DNA of 64,000 nucleotides from Candidatus Nomurabacteria bacterium (GCA_016199805.1 JACQGC010000013.1:66327-130326), one strand, 5' to 3'. Positions 26,241 through 38,042 are shown, counted from the first letter of the stretch. Program-made: numbers and translations. The notes: a model not told the origin generated them from the letters alone.

Positions 26241-27269
26241 CTATGCGAGCACGTAAAGCCCGGCTTTGTTCTTTTTGAAATATTTTGGGTTGGCTAGGTT
26301 TACCAAGATGGTGTTTTTTTTGAAATATCTTTCTTTCATGACCTTGGATACTACATCATCTTTGGTCATCGGTCCTTCTCTCTTTAAAATATCCTCGATA
26401 ACCTCGCGGGCGATACCGGTCTTATAACCCCATTCCGCCAAAGCATACATGCCTCTGCCTACCAAAACAAAACGGGAGTCTTTAATAAGCTCGTTGTGGC
26501 AAGTAGCATAGTGAGTCTTTTTGCCGAAAGTTTTAGAAATGGAATCGGCAACTTCTTTGAAATGCATAGGAGAACCATGACGTCTCATGACCAGGAAAGC
26601 ATAATCTTTCACTCCGCGGGTACGGACGTTTGGAGAAGAAGCCTTGCCCCATTCACCCAGGCCGTTCTTGGCAATGGTTTTAGACATCGACAGCCACCTC
26701 TTAGCCATCTCTTCATCTCTGTACTCTTCGGAAACATCCTTGAGTTGGTCAAAAAATCTCTTAATCATTTCTGTTTCCGGGATAAGGTCTTCATCTTTCA
26801 AGCCTCCGTAAAGTTTGCGTAAAGCATCATGAACTTTGTCGGCTATCTCGTCATCTACGCTGTAACGCGTATGGAAATGTTCATCTTCGCGATGTTTCTT
26901 GAAAGCATCGCTTAATACCAAAAAGAAATGAATATGGTTTTGAGTGGTTTTATCTTTTGAAATATAAGGCAACAGTTCGTGTTCGGCCACAACCGAACCC
27001 AATTTGTGCATCAATGATTTTAATTCGTTGAAGACCGCTTGTTCATTTTTATAAGCATCGGATTTTTTTATAAGACTGATAGCCGCATCTTCAACCTGAC
27101 GAACTCTTTCGCGTGTAATGTTGTATTTCTTGCCGATTTCTTCCAAAGTTTTCCTTTCTCCTAGCCCGGAGAGACCGAAGCGGTTCATGATCACATCCGT
27201 GGCTCGGGGAGACAAATTTGAAGTTATTTTTTTGGTAACTTTTTTTGGTTTGAAAGATATTGTTGTCAT
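26241..27269 (-). CDS. sigma-70 region-4 HTH + C-terminal HARE-HTH domain protein
   Basis: 'TLEEIGKKYNITRERVRQVEDAAISLIKK' is a sigma70 r4-type HTH. 'MHFKEVADSISKTFGKKTHYATCHNELIKDSRFVLVGRGMYALAEWGY' matches the HARE-HTH pattern. Confidence 0.5.
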   Translation of the reverse strand: MTTISFKPKKVTKKITSNLSPRATDVIMNRFGLSGLGERKTLEEIGKKYNITRERVRQVEDAAISLIKKSDAYKNEQAVFNELKSLMHKLGSVVAEHELLPYISKDKTTQNHIHFFLVLSDAFKKHREDEHFHTRYSVDDEIADKVHDALRKLYGGLKDEDLIPETEMIKRFFDQLKDVSEEYRDEEMAKRWLSMSKTIAKNGLGEWGKASSPNVRTRGVKDYAFLVMRRHGSPMHFKEVADSISKTFGKKTHYATCHNELIKDSRFVLVGRGMYALAEWGYKTGIAREVIEDILKREGPMTKDDVVSKVMKERYFKKNTILVNLANPKYFKKNKAGLYVLA

Positions 27270-27315
27270 AATAATTTAGTTGAAAGTTATAATGTTTTTA
27301 AAGTTATTAAAAGTG

Positions 27316-29130
27316 TTATCTCTTCGCTCTGGCCCGGTCAATTTCCGTTAAATATTTTTTGCGAAGCCGAACCGATTTCGGAGTGACTTCAAGATACTCA
27401 TCGTGATTCATGACCTCCAACCCCCTTTCAATACTCAAAGTAAAAATTGGGTTTAAGGTTATGGCTTCGTCCGTACCGGAAGCGCGCATGTTGGTAAGTT
27501 GTTTTCCTTTTGTGGGGTTCACTGCCATATCGTCCCCTTTCAAAACATTACCGACAACCATGCCTTCGTAAACTTCCGTACCATGACCTACATACAATAT
27601 ACCACGTTCTTGTAAATTTGCAAGTGAAAAGGCCACTGCCTTGCCGGCCACCATGGAAGTCATGGAACCATACTCACGCTTTTTGATAACTCCGGCATAC
27701 TCTCCAAAACCGGTAACTCTGGAAGACATTATGCCTTCCCCTTTGGTATCGATGATAAATTCTCCGCGATATCCCAAAAGTCCCCGGGTAGGTATATCGA
27801 AAACCACCCTTGCAATTCCTTCCTTTTCTACCATGTCTTTCATGATACCGCGTCTTTTTCCGATTTTCTCAATCACAGACCCGGAGAATTCCATCGGCAC
27901 ATCTATCACCAGTTCTTCGTAAGGCTCGGTTTTGATTCCGTCTTTTTCCTTAATGATAACTTCGGGCTGTGAGACCTGCATTTCAAATCCTTCGCGGCGC
28001 ATATTTTCGAGTAAAATGGCTATGTGCAATTCCCCACGTCCGTATACTTTGAAAAAAGATGGTCCTGATTTATCTACTCCTTGGTCCGGAGAAAAATCAA
28101 CTTTTAGTCCGACATTTATTTCGAGTTCTTTTTCCAACCTTTCTTTGATTTGCCTGGAAGTGACAAACTTCCCTTCCTTGCCGGCAAAAGGAGAATCGTT
28201 AACCAAAAAATTCAGCGACAATGTCGGCTCGTCTATGGCAATGTGTGGCAACGGCTCCACCGATTCATCTTCACATAATGTCTCCCCGATATAAATATCA
28301 GGAATTCCCGCCAAGAGCACAATGTCGCCAGAACTGGCTTCTTGTATTTCTTTTCTACTAATACCTTCAAACGAAAACAATTTCGTAATTTTTCCCTTAC
28401 GTGTTCCATCTTGACCTTCAATATTGCCTTTCACGAAAATCTGAGTGCCTGAATTCATTTTTCCGGAATAAATTCGTGCTACTGCCATTCTGCCCAAAAA
28501 ATTATCATAACCCAAGTTGAAGACTTGGGCGGACATTTTTTCATTTTCATTTTTGGAAGCCGGTAAAACTTTTTCCAAAATCAAATCTAGGAGAGGAGAA
28601 AGATCTGTGGAAGAGTCACCTAGGTGCCGGAAGGCCTTTCCTTCGCGCCCGATAGCATAAATAGTTTCAAAATTTGCCTGTTCTTCGTTGGCGCCCAATT
28701 CAAAAAATAAACCGAGGACTTCTTCGTGCACCCGGTGCGGGTCTGAAGCCGGCTTGTCTATCTTATTTATAACCACGATTGGCTTCAATCCCAATTCCAG
28801 AGATTTCTTTAAAACGAATCTAGTTTGCGGCATAGGCCCTTCTACGGCATCCACCAACAGAAGCACGGAATCGATGGCTCGCAAAACGCGTTCCACTTCG
28901 GAGCCAAAATCCGCGTGGCCGGGAGTGTCCACAATGTTTATTTTTGTATTTTTGTAAACGATTGAAGTATTTTTGGAATAAATAGTTATGCCGCGTTCCT
29001 TTTCCAGGTCGTTTGAATCCATGGATACTCCCTCGTCCTGCAATCCCCCATTTTGCTTCATTAAAGCATCGGTCAAGGTTGTCTTGCCGTGGTCCACGTG
29101 TGCTATTATCGCTATGTTTCTGATTTCCAT
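27316..29130 (-). CDS. typA: translational GTPase TypA/BipA
   Basis: '[22 protein letters not shown]', '[16 protein letters not shown]'; 604 aa with the characteristic C-terminal domain. Confidence 0.95.
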   Translation of the reverse strand: MEIRNIAIIAHVDHGKTTLTDALMKQNGGLQDEGVSMDSNDLEKERGITIYSKNTSIVYKNTKINIVDTPGHADFGSEVERVLRAIDSVLLLVDAVEGPMPQTRFVLKKSLELGLKPIVVINKIDKPASDPHRVHEEVLGLFFELGANEEQANFETIYAIGREGKAFRHLGDSSTDLSPLLDLILEKVLPASKNENEKMSAQVFNLGYDNFLGRMAVARIYSGKMNSGTQIFVKGNIEGQDGTRKGKITKLFSFEGISRKEIQEASSGDIVLLAGIPDIYIGETLCEDESVEPLPHIAIDEPTLSLNFLVNDSPFAGKEGKFVTSRQIKERLEKELEINVGLKVDFSPDQGVDKSGPSFFKVYGRGELHIAILLENMRREGFEMQVSQPEVIIKEKDGIKTEPYEELVIDVPMEFSGSVIEKIGKRRGIMKDMVEKEGIARVVFDIPTRGLLGYRGEFIIDTKGEGIMSSRVTGFGEYAGVIKKREYGSMTSMVAGKAVAFSLANLQERGILYVGHGTEVYEGMVVGNVLKGDDMAVNPTKGKQLTNMRASGTDEAITLNPIFTLSIERGLEVMNHDEYLEVTPKSVRLRKKYLTEIDRARAKR

Positions 29131-29205
29131 AAAAAAATGCCCAAAAGAGTTATGAGCTTGATTTTATAATAACATAGTTATTTGGAAACAACAAGCTTTT
29201 TGGCG

Positions 29206-31479
29206 CTAAGGCAGAGTAATATTGAAGAAATGTAAGATGAAAGGAATCTGTAAAACTGAACAGAGAAGACTAAATTGGAGTATTCCAAACAAAAAGAGCT
29301 GGTATTTTTCTTTTTTTGTCAGGATTCCGGAATACACCTTGGACGCAAGAATTAAAAACGCAAAACCGAACAATATAAATGAGAGCAAAATCAGAATATT
29401 GGAGGATGTGCTTTTAATATTCCACAGATACACCAACACTATTCCGATGGCCTCTACAATTGCCGAATAAAATACAAGAGGCATGACCCTATTTAAGAAC
29501 GGCTTTTCGTCCGTTCTCGGTATTTTGTGGGTAGGCCTTAGCGCCCAATAAGAGATAAGTAGAGTGGCGAAACCGACGGTAAAGTAATTTATAAAAGTAA
29601 TATTCAACGGAGTGAGCGGGTATGAATATCCAAAAAAGCTGATGATAATAAAAAACAGCAGTCCCACCAGACTCATGTTTACATAAATGCCGGAACTTAT
29701 TTCTATGCTGCGGATAAAATGGTCGGCCAATTCCACAGCCCCCGGTAAACTGGTAAAACTGTTGGTCATCAATATTACGTCGGCGAGCTGACGCGTCACT
29801 GGCGCGCCGTCAAACATGGCGACGCCAAGGTCCGCTTTTTTCATAGCTAGGGCATCGTTTACTCCGTCGCCCACCATAGCCGTAAAACCGTCTTTCCTAA
29901 ATGCTTCCACGAGTTTGACCTTGTGTTCCGGCAAAACTGGAGCAAAGATTGTGTAGTCGTGGGCCTTGGTATTAAAATCTTTTTCACTCCAATCTTTCAT
30001 ATCTTCCCCAGTTACAACACTTTCAGAACCAGCTATGCCAACACTTTTGGCCACCGCTTTTACCGTTTCATAATTATCTCCTGAAAGAACCCGTATTTTT
30101 ATTCCTCTGTCTTGGAAAAATTTTATCGCTTCGACTATGCCTTCACGCAAGGTATTACTGAATACAAACACGGCAACCACCGAAAGATGAGTTCCGTTTA
30201 AATCTTTTGGTAATCCTACCCCATTACTGCTAGCAATGCACAGTACCCGCTTGCCCAGTTTTGCATTTTCGTCAGAGATATTCTCTAGCCATTTTTTTTC
30301 TGCAACATTGGATACTCTCGGCGAAAAAATATCCGGGGCACCCACGAAGACAGACTGCAAAGTATTGCTTTCTTTTACTTCCACAGCTCCGTATCTTCGC
30401 CACGAGGAAAATGATAATCCTCTCTCGACTTTCAAGTTTTCAATATTTGGATTTGAATTATTATCTAAATATTTTTTTACAGCTAGAATAGTTTCTGATG
30501 TATCACTCAAACCATAAACACACATCTTGGTCAACAGAAAGGCTCTGTCCTTGCTAAAACCTTCTACTATATGCATATCCTCTACCACCAAAATGTTGTC
30601 CGTCAGTGTACCGGTTTTATCTATGCAAAGATTTTTTATTCTTCCAAGTTTTTCCGTCGCATTTATTTCCTGGAAAAGCACACTGCGCCTGGAATACGAA
30701 GCCGCGCCGATGGCAAAAAGCAGTGTAATGGCCACGACCAAACCTTGTGGCACTATCGTGCTGGCCAGGGCTCCGGCGTTCGTCACAATTTGGAGCCGTG
30801 GCGCATGAGTGAGAATTCCCCGCAAAATCACGAACAACAAAACCACGATTAAAATATAACTCGAATATTTTATAACTGTGTTGGTCGCGGTCTGAATAGA
30901 GCTCGGACTGGCCGCGTATTTTTTGGCTTCTCCGGCAATTTTAGCCATTCGGCTTTCACGAAAAAGTCCCTCTGCTTCCATCACACCATTACCAGAAGTG
31001 ACAATCGCCCCGGCAATGATTTCATCTCCTTCTTTTTTCCCAAATGAATCGGATTCTCCGGTGACCAGGGCTTCGGATATTTCCAGATTGTTTACGGAAA
31101 TCAGTTTACCTTCGCAAGGTGTCTGGTCTCCGAGTTTTAGTTTAATTAAATCTCCTTTCAATATTTTCTCGGCATATATTTTTGTTTCGGTATTGCCTGC
31201 CCCGTCCTGGCGTGGGTCTTTATTTATACGGGTCACCATGAGAGCCGTCAGCATCTGTAATCGCTCCAGGAGTACCCGTGCGTGGATGTCTTGCGCTGTT
31301 GTAATCAAAGTGTTCAACAAAAAAACAATACCCAAAAATAATGCAGCCTGGGTGCTGCCAAAAGCATAAAGTAAAATCACCACGACAAAAATAACCCCGT
31401 TCACCAAAAGAAAGAAGTTTCGAAAAATAATTGGCCCCAAAGAAGGCAAAACCCGACGGTATATTTCAAATTTCGGCAT
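29206..31479 (-). CDS. cation-transporting P-type ATPase (P2-like, compact 757 aa)
   Basis: 'TGESD', phosphorylation site 'CIDKTGTLT', 'VGDGVNDALAMKKADLGVAM', M4 'VPQGL'. Confidence 0.85.
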   Translation of the reverse strand: MPKFEIYRRVLPSLGPIIFRNFFLLVNGVIFVVVILLYAFGSTQAALFLGIVFLLNTLITTAQDIHARVLLERLQMLTALMVTRINKDPRQDGAGNTETKIYAEKILKGDLIKLKLGDQTPCEGKLISVNNLEISEALVTGESDSFGKKEGDEIIAGAIVTSGNGVMEAEGLFRESRMAKIAGEAKKYAASPSSIQTATNTVIKYSSYILIVVLLFVILRGILTHAPRLQIVTNAGALASTIVPQGLVVAITLLFAIGAASYSRRSVLFQEINATEKLGRIKNLCIDKTGTLTDNILVVEDMHIVEGFSKDRAFLLTKMCVYGLSDTSETILAVKKYLDNNSNPNIENLKVERGLSFSSWRRYGAVEVKESNTLQSVFVGAPDIFSPRVSNVAEKKWLENISDENAKLGKRVLCIASSNGVGLPKDLNGTHLSVVAVFVFSNTLREGIVEAIKFFQDRGIKIRVLSGDNYETVKAVAKSVGIAGSESVVTGEDMKDWSEKDFNTKAHDYTIFAPVLPEHKVKLVEAFRKDGFTAMVGDGVNDALAMKKADLGVAMFDGAPVTRQLADVILMTNSFTSLPGAVELADHFIRSIEISSGIYVNMSLVGLLFFIIISFFGYSYPLTPLNITFINYFTVGFATLLISYWALRPTHKIPRTDEKPFLNRVMPLVFYSAIVEAIGIVLVYLWNIKSTSSNILILLSFILFGFAFLILASKVYSGILTKKEKYQLFLFGILQFSLLCSVLQIPFILHFFNITLP

Positions 31480-31495
31480 AGCTTAGTATAGCAAT

Positions 31496-32902
31496 TTAAT
31501 CATTTAATTTAAATGGCGATTTAAAAAATCGGAAAATTCCTTTTAAAACAGAAGCTTCTATTTTCCCTTTTACGTTAACCTTATCGTATATATCCGGAAA
31601 AACTATTTCCGCATGATACTTTTTTCTCAATTCAGAATACCAAGACAAATCATATATTTTCCAAAACTCTTCGCGAGAATAATATGAGTGAGCATAAAGT
31701 GTTTTTCGTCCACCATATTGACCCAAAAGTGCCTCAAAATCTTTGTTGATTTTTATAAATTCTTCAAATTTGTGATTTACTTCTCCCCATACCCCTACGT
31801 TTATCACGAGACCAGTTTTAATAGCATTTGGAGATAATTTATCTTGTTTTCCGGGTTTTAGTGGACACAACCAGAGTGGGAAAATATGCCAACTATTGGA
31901 AGTAGATTTTATAAAATCTACTACTCGTTCCTCAGGTATACTAACGTCCTGAACCATAAAATATTGAGAAATTTTCATTGAATGAAGAAAACCGTAAAGT
32001 TCTTTTGCTTTTAAAATATTGTTAAAGATAAAACGTGTTAATTTAATAGAAGGCATTTTCAGCCAACCAAGTGCAACCCCCCCCATCCAGAAAGCCCCTC
32101 GGTCGTAACGAAAAAGATAATCTTTAATTGGAATCAACTCCTCATGTACCGAATTATTTTTAATCTTTTCTTTTGCGTGTAGATAAAACCAGTCGTCCCA
32201 AGCGCCAAGAAATTTTGAAACGGGAAGATTTTCTTCATCCGACAATTTACCTACCATAACAACACCGAAATTTTCGGAATACATTATTGAGTCAAGATAT
32301 TGAACATTACCGTCAGTTGAACATTTTTTTATTAAATCTATCGCCTCATCAAAATTATGGACAGAATTATATCTAAAGTGAACAAATTTTTTTGCTGGAA
32401 TAAGTTTAAATTTAATTGATGTAATAACCCCCAAGGAACCATAAGAACCAGCTGTCCCATAAAAAAGATCTGGGTTCTCATTTGGCGATGCTTTAAATAT
32501 TTCACCATTACCCAGAATGATTTCATATTCTATGCAGATATTGTGAAAAAGCCCCCATTTGAATGAACTACTTTCACCCGCCCCACCTTGAATTCCTCCA
32601 CCAACGGTTATTTCTGGAAACTCCATCACAACAGGTGGAATAAGATTATATTTTAAAGTTGCCTCAACAAGTTTCGCCATTCTTACGTTCGGCTCAACTA
32701 ACGCATATTGCTCATTAACGTTAATTTCTAAAACATTATTTAATTTACTAACATCAACAACCTCACCTTTTTTAAAATCAAAAGGACGAGTAGAATTTGT
32801 GCCACCGTGATATATTCTTGCTGGTTTCTTGGCTAAATAAAAAGCTTTTACTTGTTCTCTAACTTCTTCTACTAATATGTTGTGTTTTTCTAAGTCTGAC
32901 AT
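31496..32902 (-). CDS. FAD-linked oxidoreductase (FAD_binding_4/PCMH-type; DprE1 / arabinonolactone-oxidase-like)
   Basis: 'VGGGIQGGAGESSSFKWGLFHNICIEYEIILGNGEIFKASPNENPDLFYGTAGSYGSLGVITSIKFKL'. Confidence 0.6.
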   Translation of the reverse strand: MSDLEKHNILVEEVREQVKAFYLAKKPARIYHGGTNSTRPFDFKKGEVVDVSKLNNVLEINVNEQYALVEPNVRMAKLVEATLKYNLIPPVVMEFPEITVGGGIQGGAGESSSFKWGLFHNICIEYEIILGNGEIFKASPNENPDLFYGTAGSYGSLGVITSIKFKLIPAKKFVHFRYNSVHNFDEAIDLIKKCSTDGNVQYLDSIMYSENFGVVMVGKLSDEENLPVSKFLGAWDDWFYLHAKEKIKNNSVHEELIPIKDYLFRYDRGAFWMGGVALGWLKMPSIKLTRFIFNNILKAKELYGFLHSMKISQYFMVQDVSIPEERVVDFIKSTSNSWHIFPLWLCPLKPGKQDKLSPNAIKTGLVINVGVWGEVNHKFEEFIKINKDFEALLGQYGGRKTLYAHSYYSREEFWKIYDLSWYSELRKKYHAEIVFPDIYDKVNVKGKIEASVLKGIFRFFKSPFKLND

Positions 32903-32979
32903 TTTGTGCGCCGGGTTGGACTCGAACCAACGATGCCCGAAGGCCGGGGATTTACAGTCCCCTGGAATAGCCGCTATCC
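32898..32979 (-). tRNA. tRNA-Tyr (anticodon GTA), long variable arm, no encoded CCA
   Basis: Minus-strand cloverleaf. Acceptor GCGCCGG/CCGGCGC. Anticodon stem GGGGA/TCCCC with loop CTGTAAA. Variable arm GGCCTTCGGGCATC. T-arm GTTGG-TTCGAGT-CCAAC. Confidence 0.8.
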
Positions 32980-32988
32980 GACCGGCGC

Positions 32989-33017
32989 ATACAAAAAACT
33001 ATACACTTTTTTGTATA
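32989..33017 (-). promoter_or_regulatory. candidate promoter for tRNA-Tyr (TTGTAA-17-TATAGT, about 9 nt before the tRNA 5' end)
   Basis: Minus-strand reading is 'TTGTAAaaatatacaaaaaagtgTATAGT'. Confidence 0.4.
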
Positions 33018-33030
33018 TTTTTACAAATTA

Positions 33031-33309
33031 TTATATTTTTGCTTCGAGTTTTCCTATCCGTATATCTAGATTATCAATTCTCCTATCACAGGATAAACCA
33101 TCACTATTTAAACTAGAAATGCTTTGCCTGAAATACTTGTTTTCTTCATGCATCTGCTGAAGTTCTTTGAGAATATGGCCCATTACTTTTTCGTGTCGCT
33201 CAAAGGATTTTGCGATATTTGCCATATTTGTCTCAAAAGAACTTTCAAACTTTTTGAATCTCTCTTCCGTCACGTATTTTTCAGCTGTTTTTTTAACGAC
33301 TTTTTTCAT
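33031..33309 (-). CDS. hypothetical coiled-coil protein (92 aa)
   Basis: ORF only, K/E-rich. Confidence 0.35.
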   Translation of the reverse strand: MKKVVKKTAEKYVTEERFKKFESSFETNMANIAKSFERHEKVMGHILKELQQMHEENKYFRQSISSLNSDGLSCDRRIDNLDIRIGKLEAKI

Positions 33310-33345
33310 ATTTTCATTATACCAAATCTAAAAATAAAGCAAACT

Positions 33346-36012
33346 TTACGCTATTGATTTAGCTCGCACATGGATTGAGCTCTTCACTTTTCCTTTCTTG
33401 GCTTCAATCAGGAGCTCATTGCTTTTTACTGATACGGCTACCATATCTCCTTTTTTAACTCCATTTGAAATGATGAATGATGCTACGGGGTTTAATATTT
33501 TGTTTTGTATCAAGCGATTGATTGGGCGCGCTCCATAATGCGGGTCGTAGCCCTCCTTGGCCAAGTAGGCCAGAGCTTCTTTGGAAATTTCAAACTCAAT
33601 TCCCTTGCCGGAGAGCCTATCTACCACAACTTTTATTCTAAGCTTTACTATCTCGGCAATAGCTTCCGGTGAAAGCACATCAAAAACAATAGTTTCATCT
33701 AAGCGGTTCAAAAATTCCGGACGGAAATTGTCTTTCAACGCTTCCATTACTTTTTCTTTCATATTGCCATAATCGGCTTTCGGAGAATTATTGGAAAAGC
33801 CTATGGATTCCATTTTTTCCACAAACTGCGAGCCGATATTGCTGGTCAGTACAATGATGGTGTTTTTGAAATTCACCACTCTACCCTTGCCGTCGGTCAA
33901 CCGGCCTTCATCAATCACAGACAAAAGTATATTAAAAACTTCCGGATGGGCTTTTTCAATCTCGTCAAAAAGCACCACAGCATATGGCCTGTGGCGGACG
34001 GCTTCGGTCAATTGGCCCGCTTCGTCGTAACCCACATATCCCGGCGGAGAACCTACAAGTTTGGATACGGAATGGCGTTCCATGTATTCGGACATATCCA
34101 CGCGAATAATGGCATTGTCGTCGTTGAACATAAACTCCGAGAGCGCTTTGGTGAGCTCAGTCTTACCGACTCCGGTCGGACCCAAAAAGATAAATGAACC
34201 GATTGGGCGGTTTGGGTCTCCGATACCCGCACGTGAACGGCGGATGACATCTGAGACGCGTTTAATGGCCTCTTCTTGACCCACAACTCTTTTCTCCAAT
34301 TCGGACTCCATTTTTTCAAGCTTGGCGCGCTCTTCTTCGAGCATTTTGGTCAGCGGTATACCTGTCCAGCGCGCCACCACCTCGGCTATGTCTTCAGCGT
34401 TGATTTCTTCTTTCAGAATTCGGCGGGATTTTTGAAGTTTCTTCAGCTTGGTAAGCTTTACCTCAAGATCTTTTTTGAGAGTTGGAATTTTGCCGTAGCG
34501 TATTTCGGCCGCACGCGCGAGGTCAGCCCGCATTTCGGCATCTTCCGCTTCCAGACGGATACCTTCAAGCTCTTTTTTAACAGCACGAATTTCCATCACG
34601 GTTTCTTTTTCGTTTTTCCATTTTAACTCGAGCTCTTTTGTTTTTTCCGATAAATTTCCTATTTCTTTGTCTATTTCTTTAATTCTGCTTTTTATTTCAC
34701 TGGTAGAAATTTCTTTTTTCAAAGCTTCTTTCTCTATCTCTAGGCGCATTATTTTTCGGTGCGCATCCTCCAAGACCGGTGGCTTATTTTCAAGCATTAT
34801 TTTGAGTGACGAAGAAGCTTCGTCGATGAGATCCACCGCCTTGTCCGGCAAAAATCTGTTGGTGATATATCTGGAAGAAAGGTTGACTGCCGAAATTATT
34901 GCGTCATCAGTAATACGGATACCATGGAAAAGCTCGTATTTTTCTTTCAGCCCGCGAAGAATGGCAACAGTATCTTCAATACTCGGCTCGTCTATGTAGA
35001 CGGGCTGAAAACGCCTAGCTAAAGCAGGGTCTTTCTCTATATGTTTTTGATATTCCCGCAATGTTGTCGCGCCAATGGCCCGCAGTTCTCCGCGGGACAA
35101 TGCCGGCTTGAGCATGTTTGAAGCATCCATCGTGCCCTCTGCGCCTCCGGCGCCGACGATGGTGTGAATCTCGTCAATAAAAAGAATTATCTTGCCGTCA
35201 GACCTTTCAATTTCTTTCATTATACCCTTTAGTCTTTCTTCAAATTCTCCGCGATATTTTGTGCCGGCTACCAAGAGCCCCAAATCGAGCGAGACGATTT
35301 CTTTTTCTTTCAGAGATTCCGGCACATTGTTCTTGGCAATCATTTGCGCCAAGCCCTCTACTACGGCTGTCTTACCGGTACCCGCCTCGCCTATCAAAAT
35401 CGGATTGTTTTTGGTCCTACGCGAAAGTATCTGCATGATGCGAGTTATCTCGCCATCGCGGCCTATCACTGGGTCGAGCTTGTCTTCGTGGGCGAGCTTC
35501 GTCAAATTGCGGGTATATTTTAAAATCAATTTGTATTTTTTGGGTTCAGAGACATCGGTAATATTTTGACTGCGGAGTTCTTCCAGCACTTTCATCACTT
35601 GATCTTTGTGAATTCTAAACCGCGCCAAAGTCTCCCGCGCCTCGCTCCCAACCTCCAAAATAGCGACAAAGAGATGCTCTGTCGAAACAAAATCATCTTT
35701 CATGTATTCCGCGAGTTTAGCCGACTGTTCTATGACTTGCGCCAAATCCGGGTTCAAATAAATCTGATATGAAGGCGAAATGGTGTTGCGGGTTTCGGGC
35801 TGCTCAATCAATTCCAAAACGGAATCAGTCAGAAGCATGGTGTCGATTTCCAGTTTATCCAAAATGGAATTCACCATTGATTCATCTTGCAAGAGCAGTG
35901 CCGCAAGCAAGTGCAGTGCGGAAACATGATTTACCCCACGCTCAATAGCCAGCTCGTGGGCTTTTTTGATGGCATCTTTGGCTTTAGTTGTAAATTTATT
36001 TAATGGTGGCAT
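33346..36012 (-). CDS. clpB: ATP-dependent chaperone ClpB
   Basis: Two AAA+ modules ('[15 protein letters not shown]', '[18 protein letters not shown]'), long middle coiled-coil, Clp N-domain; 888 aa. Confidence 0.95.
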   Translation of the reverse strand: MPPLNKFTTKAKDAIKKAHELAIERGVNHVSALHLLAALLLQDESMVNSILDKLEIDTMLLTDSVLELIEQPETRNTISPSYQIYLNPDLAQVIEQSAKLAEYMKDDFVSTEHLFVAILEVGSEARETLARFRIHKDQVMKVLEELRSQNITDVSEPKKYKLILKYTRNLTKLAHEDKLDPVIGRDGEITRIMQILSRRTKNNPILIGEAGTGKTAVVEGLAQMIAKNNVPESLKEKEIVSLDLGLLVAGTKYRGEFEERLKGIMKEIERSDGKIILFIDEIHTIVGAGGAEGTMDASNMLKPALSRGELRAIGATTLREYQKHIEKDPALARRFQPVYIDEPSIEDTVAILRGLKEKYELFHGIRITDDAIISAVNLSSRYITNRFLPDKAVDLIDEASSSLKIMLENKPPVLEDAHRKIMRLEIEKEALKKEISTSEIKSRIKEIDKEIGNLSEKTKELELKWKNEKETVMEIRAVKKELEGIRLEAEDAEMRADLARAAEIRYGKIPTLKKDLEVKLTKLKKLQKSRRILKEEINAEDIAEVVARWTGIPLTKMLEEERAKLEKMESELEKRVVGQEEAIKRVSDVIRRSRAGIGDPNRPIGSFIFLGPTGVGKTELTKALSEFMFNDDNAIIRVDMSEYMERHSVSKLVGSPPGYVGYDEAGQLTEAVRHRPYAVVLFDEIEKAHPEVFNILLSVIDEGRLTDGKGRVVNFKNTIIVLTSNIGSQFVEKMESIGFSNNSPKADYGNMKEKVMEALKDNFRPEFLNRLDETIVFDVLSPEAIAEIVKLRIKVVVDRLSGKGIEFEISKEALAYLAKEGYDPHYGARPINRLIQNKILNPVASFIISNGVKKGDMVAVSVKSNELLIEAKKGKVKSSIHVRAKSIA

Positions 36013-36108
36013 GATGTTTTAGTTAAAAGTTATAAAGTTTTTAAAGTTATAAATAATCTTACTTTACGAACTTTCTACTCTTGTTATTATACACTATGTG
36101 TCAAGAGG

Positions 36109-36909
36109 TTATTGAGCTTTGGCTGACGGAACAGTAGATGCTGCTAGAGCATCAGTGATAGATTTGATTGAAGCAAAAGAAGTAGTATCAAGAGAGAGTG
36201 CTATACCAAGAGCTTCCCCATCCAGATTGAGCACCAAGCCACCGGCACTGGATTTGGAAACATTCAGGTCTAAGCTTTTATTTGCGTTTAATCCTTCAAA
36301 AATAGAAGAGGACACAGAACTTCCTATAAGTATAATTTGCTGACCTATTTTCATTTTACTCAAATCTCCGAAAGCTGGCACTGTAAACACCACCTTATCT
36401 GTGCCGTTTACCGGAGCGCCTATCTTGAGGAGAGAAAATCCGTTCTTGTCGGTGGAAATAAAATCCGCTTTGAATTTCCCGCTGTCGTTTTTTATATAGT
36501 AAACTTCTTTGTCCGGCACCAATGCCGCATCGGAAACAACTACACCATCAGTAGAAATTGCAAAACCTCGTCCGGCGGAAACTTCAATTGTTTTAAAAGC
36601 CGCATCCTGAGTTTCTTTGGTTATGGAAAATACTGCTGTGGAATTTTTCGCGATGGCATCCACCACCAAATCTTCCTCTTTCACCACCACTGTCTGCGTG
36701 ACTGTCTTACCTTCCACTTGCTGAATTTTTTCAATCGTTTGTTGCACGACTCTATTCACTGGTGTAGTAAAAGAAGTCGGCGCTTGTTGCATCAGAGTCA
36801 CAGTGGTGATACCCGTCGCGATAGAAGTGACAAACGAAAGAAGTATAGCCAGCAGTATTAATTGGGTTTTGTTTAATTCCTTAATATCCATATTTATACA
36901 TTGTACCAT
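36109..36909 (-). CDS. trypsin/HtrA-like (S1C) domain protein predicted catalytically inactive (His and Ser of the triad replaced)
   Basis: 'GRGFAISTDGVVVSDAALV' corresponds to GSGF..DG.I.TNAHVV with His replaced by Ala. 'DKNGFSLLKIG' corresponds to the Asp motif. 'SSAGGLVLNLDGEALGIA' corresponds to GNSGGPL.N..GEVIGIN with Ser replaced by Ala. N-terminal TM anchor. Confidence 0.5.
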   Translation of the reverse strand: MVQCINMDIKELNKTQLILLAILLSFVTSIATGITTVTLMQQAPTSFTTPVNRVVQQTIEKIQQVEGKTVTQTVVVKEEDLVVDAIAKNSTAVFSITKETQDAAFKTIEVSAGRGFAISTDGVVVSDAALVPDKEVYYIKNDSGKFKADFISTDKNGFSLLKIGAPVNGTDKVVFTVPAFGDLSKMKIGQQIILIGSSVSSSIFEGLNANKSLDLNVSKSSAGGLVLNLDGEALGIALSLDTTSFASIKSITDALAASTVPSAKAQ

Positions 36910-38042
36910 TTTTTTAGTTTTTGCAAAATTTCGGATAGTGACTTAACTGTATAGTCAATATCGCTCTTTTTTGTATCTCTGCCCAAAGAGAAACGTATCC
37001 CACCAATGTTTCTGTTTGGCTTTTTGCAAATTGCTTTTATCACATACGAACCTCCCGCTTCCCCGCTTTTACAGGCAGACTTGGATGACGTCATGATACC
37101 TTTTGCTGAAAGTTCTACCACAATCAAGTCACTTGGAATTTTTGGGAAGGTAACATTTACATTATTCGGCAACCTGTTTTCCAAATCGCCGTTTATTGTC
37201 ATTCCAAAATTCGTTAGAATGTTAGAATGAGACAATTGGTCTAAAAAATAATTACGTAAAGTGGTTAATCTTTTTACTTCCTTTTCTTTTAGGTCTTGCG
37301 CCATTTTTAATGCTTGCGCGAATTTTACAATTTCCGGCAAATTTTCGGTTCCGGGACGCAAACCCATTTCCTGGTCTCCCCCGCCGAAAACATTTGCCAA
37401 CTGCACCGACGCTCTTTTGTGAAGCACGCCAACCCTCCCTGCGCCTTCAATCTTTGCTCCAGAGAGCGAGAGCAAATCTACACCAAGCCTTTCCACGTTT
37501 AAATCCAAATAACTCACAGCCTGTGTAGCATCGGTGTGGAAAAAAACTTTATTGGAATTTGTTTTATTATAAAATCTCACAACTTTACTGATTTCTTTTA
37601 TAGGTTGAATAGTTCCGATTTCGTTATTGGCATACATCACCGAAATGAGCACGGTATTTTTTCTGATTTCTTTTTTAATTTTTTTAGGATTCACTATTCC
37701 ATTAGTCTCTACAGGTATAATCGAAATTTCCGCGAATTTTCTTTTCTCTAAAAGTTTAAAGGTTTCTAATACTGACGGATGCTCTATATTGGTGGTAATA
37801 ATATGTGGAAGAAAATTTCTATCCGTTACCGCAAAAACTACCCCCTGTATTGCCAAGTTGTTACTTTCGGTGGCGCCACTGGTAAAAATTATTTCAGAAG
37901 TACGCGCACCCAAAACCCTTGCAACTATTTTTCGTGCTTCTTCCAGTTTCTTTTTCGCGTTTATTCCAGACACATGAATAGAGCTGGGGTTTGGCAAAGC
38001 TGAAGCCGCGTAGTCTAGATAAATTTCTTTTTTACTAACCAT
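36894..38042 (-). CDS. cysteine desulfurase (class V aminotransferase, IscS/NifS-like)
   Basis: 'IYLDYAAS', 'FTSGATESNNLAIQG', PLP-Lys region 'LSGAKIEGAGRVGVL', catalytic Cys 'SSKSACKSGE'. Confidence 0.8.
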   Translation of the reverse strand: MVSKKEIYLDYAASALPNPSSIHVSGINAKKKLEEARKIVARVLGARTSEIIFTSGATESNNLAIQGVVFAVTDRNFLPHIITTNIEHPSVLETFKLLEKRKFAEISIIPVETNGIVNPKKIKKEIRKNTVLISVMYANNEIGTIQPIKEISKVVRFYNKTNSNKVFFHTDATQAVSYLDLNVERLGVDLLSLSGAKIEGAGRVGVLHKRASVQLANVFGGGDQEMGLRPGTENLPEIVKFAQALKMAQDLKEKEVKRLTTLRNYFLDQLSHSNILTNFGMTINGDLENRLPNNVNVTFPKIPSDLIVVELSAKGIMTSSKSACKSGEAGGSYVIKAICKKPNRNIGGIRFSLGRDTKKSDIDYTVKSLSEILQKLKKWYNV

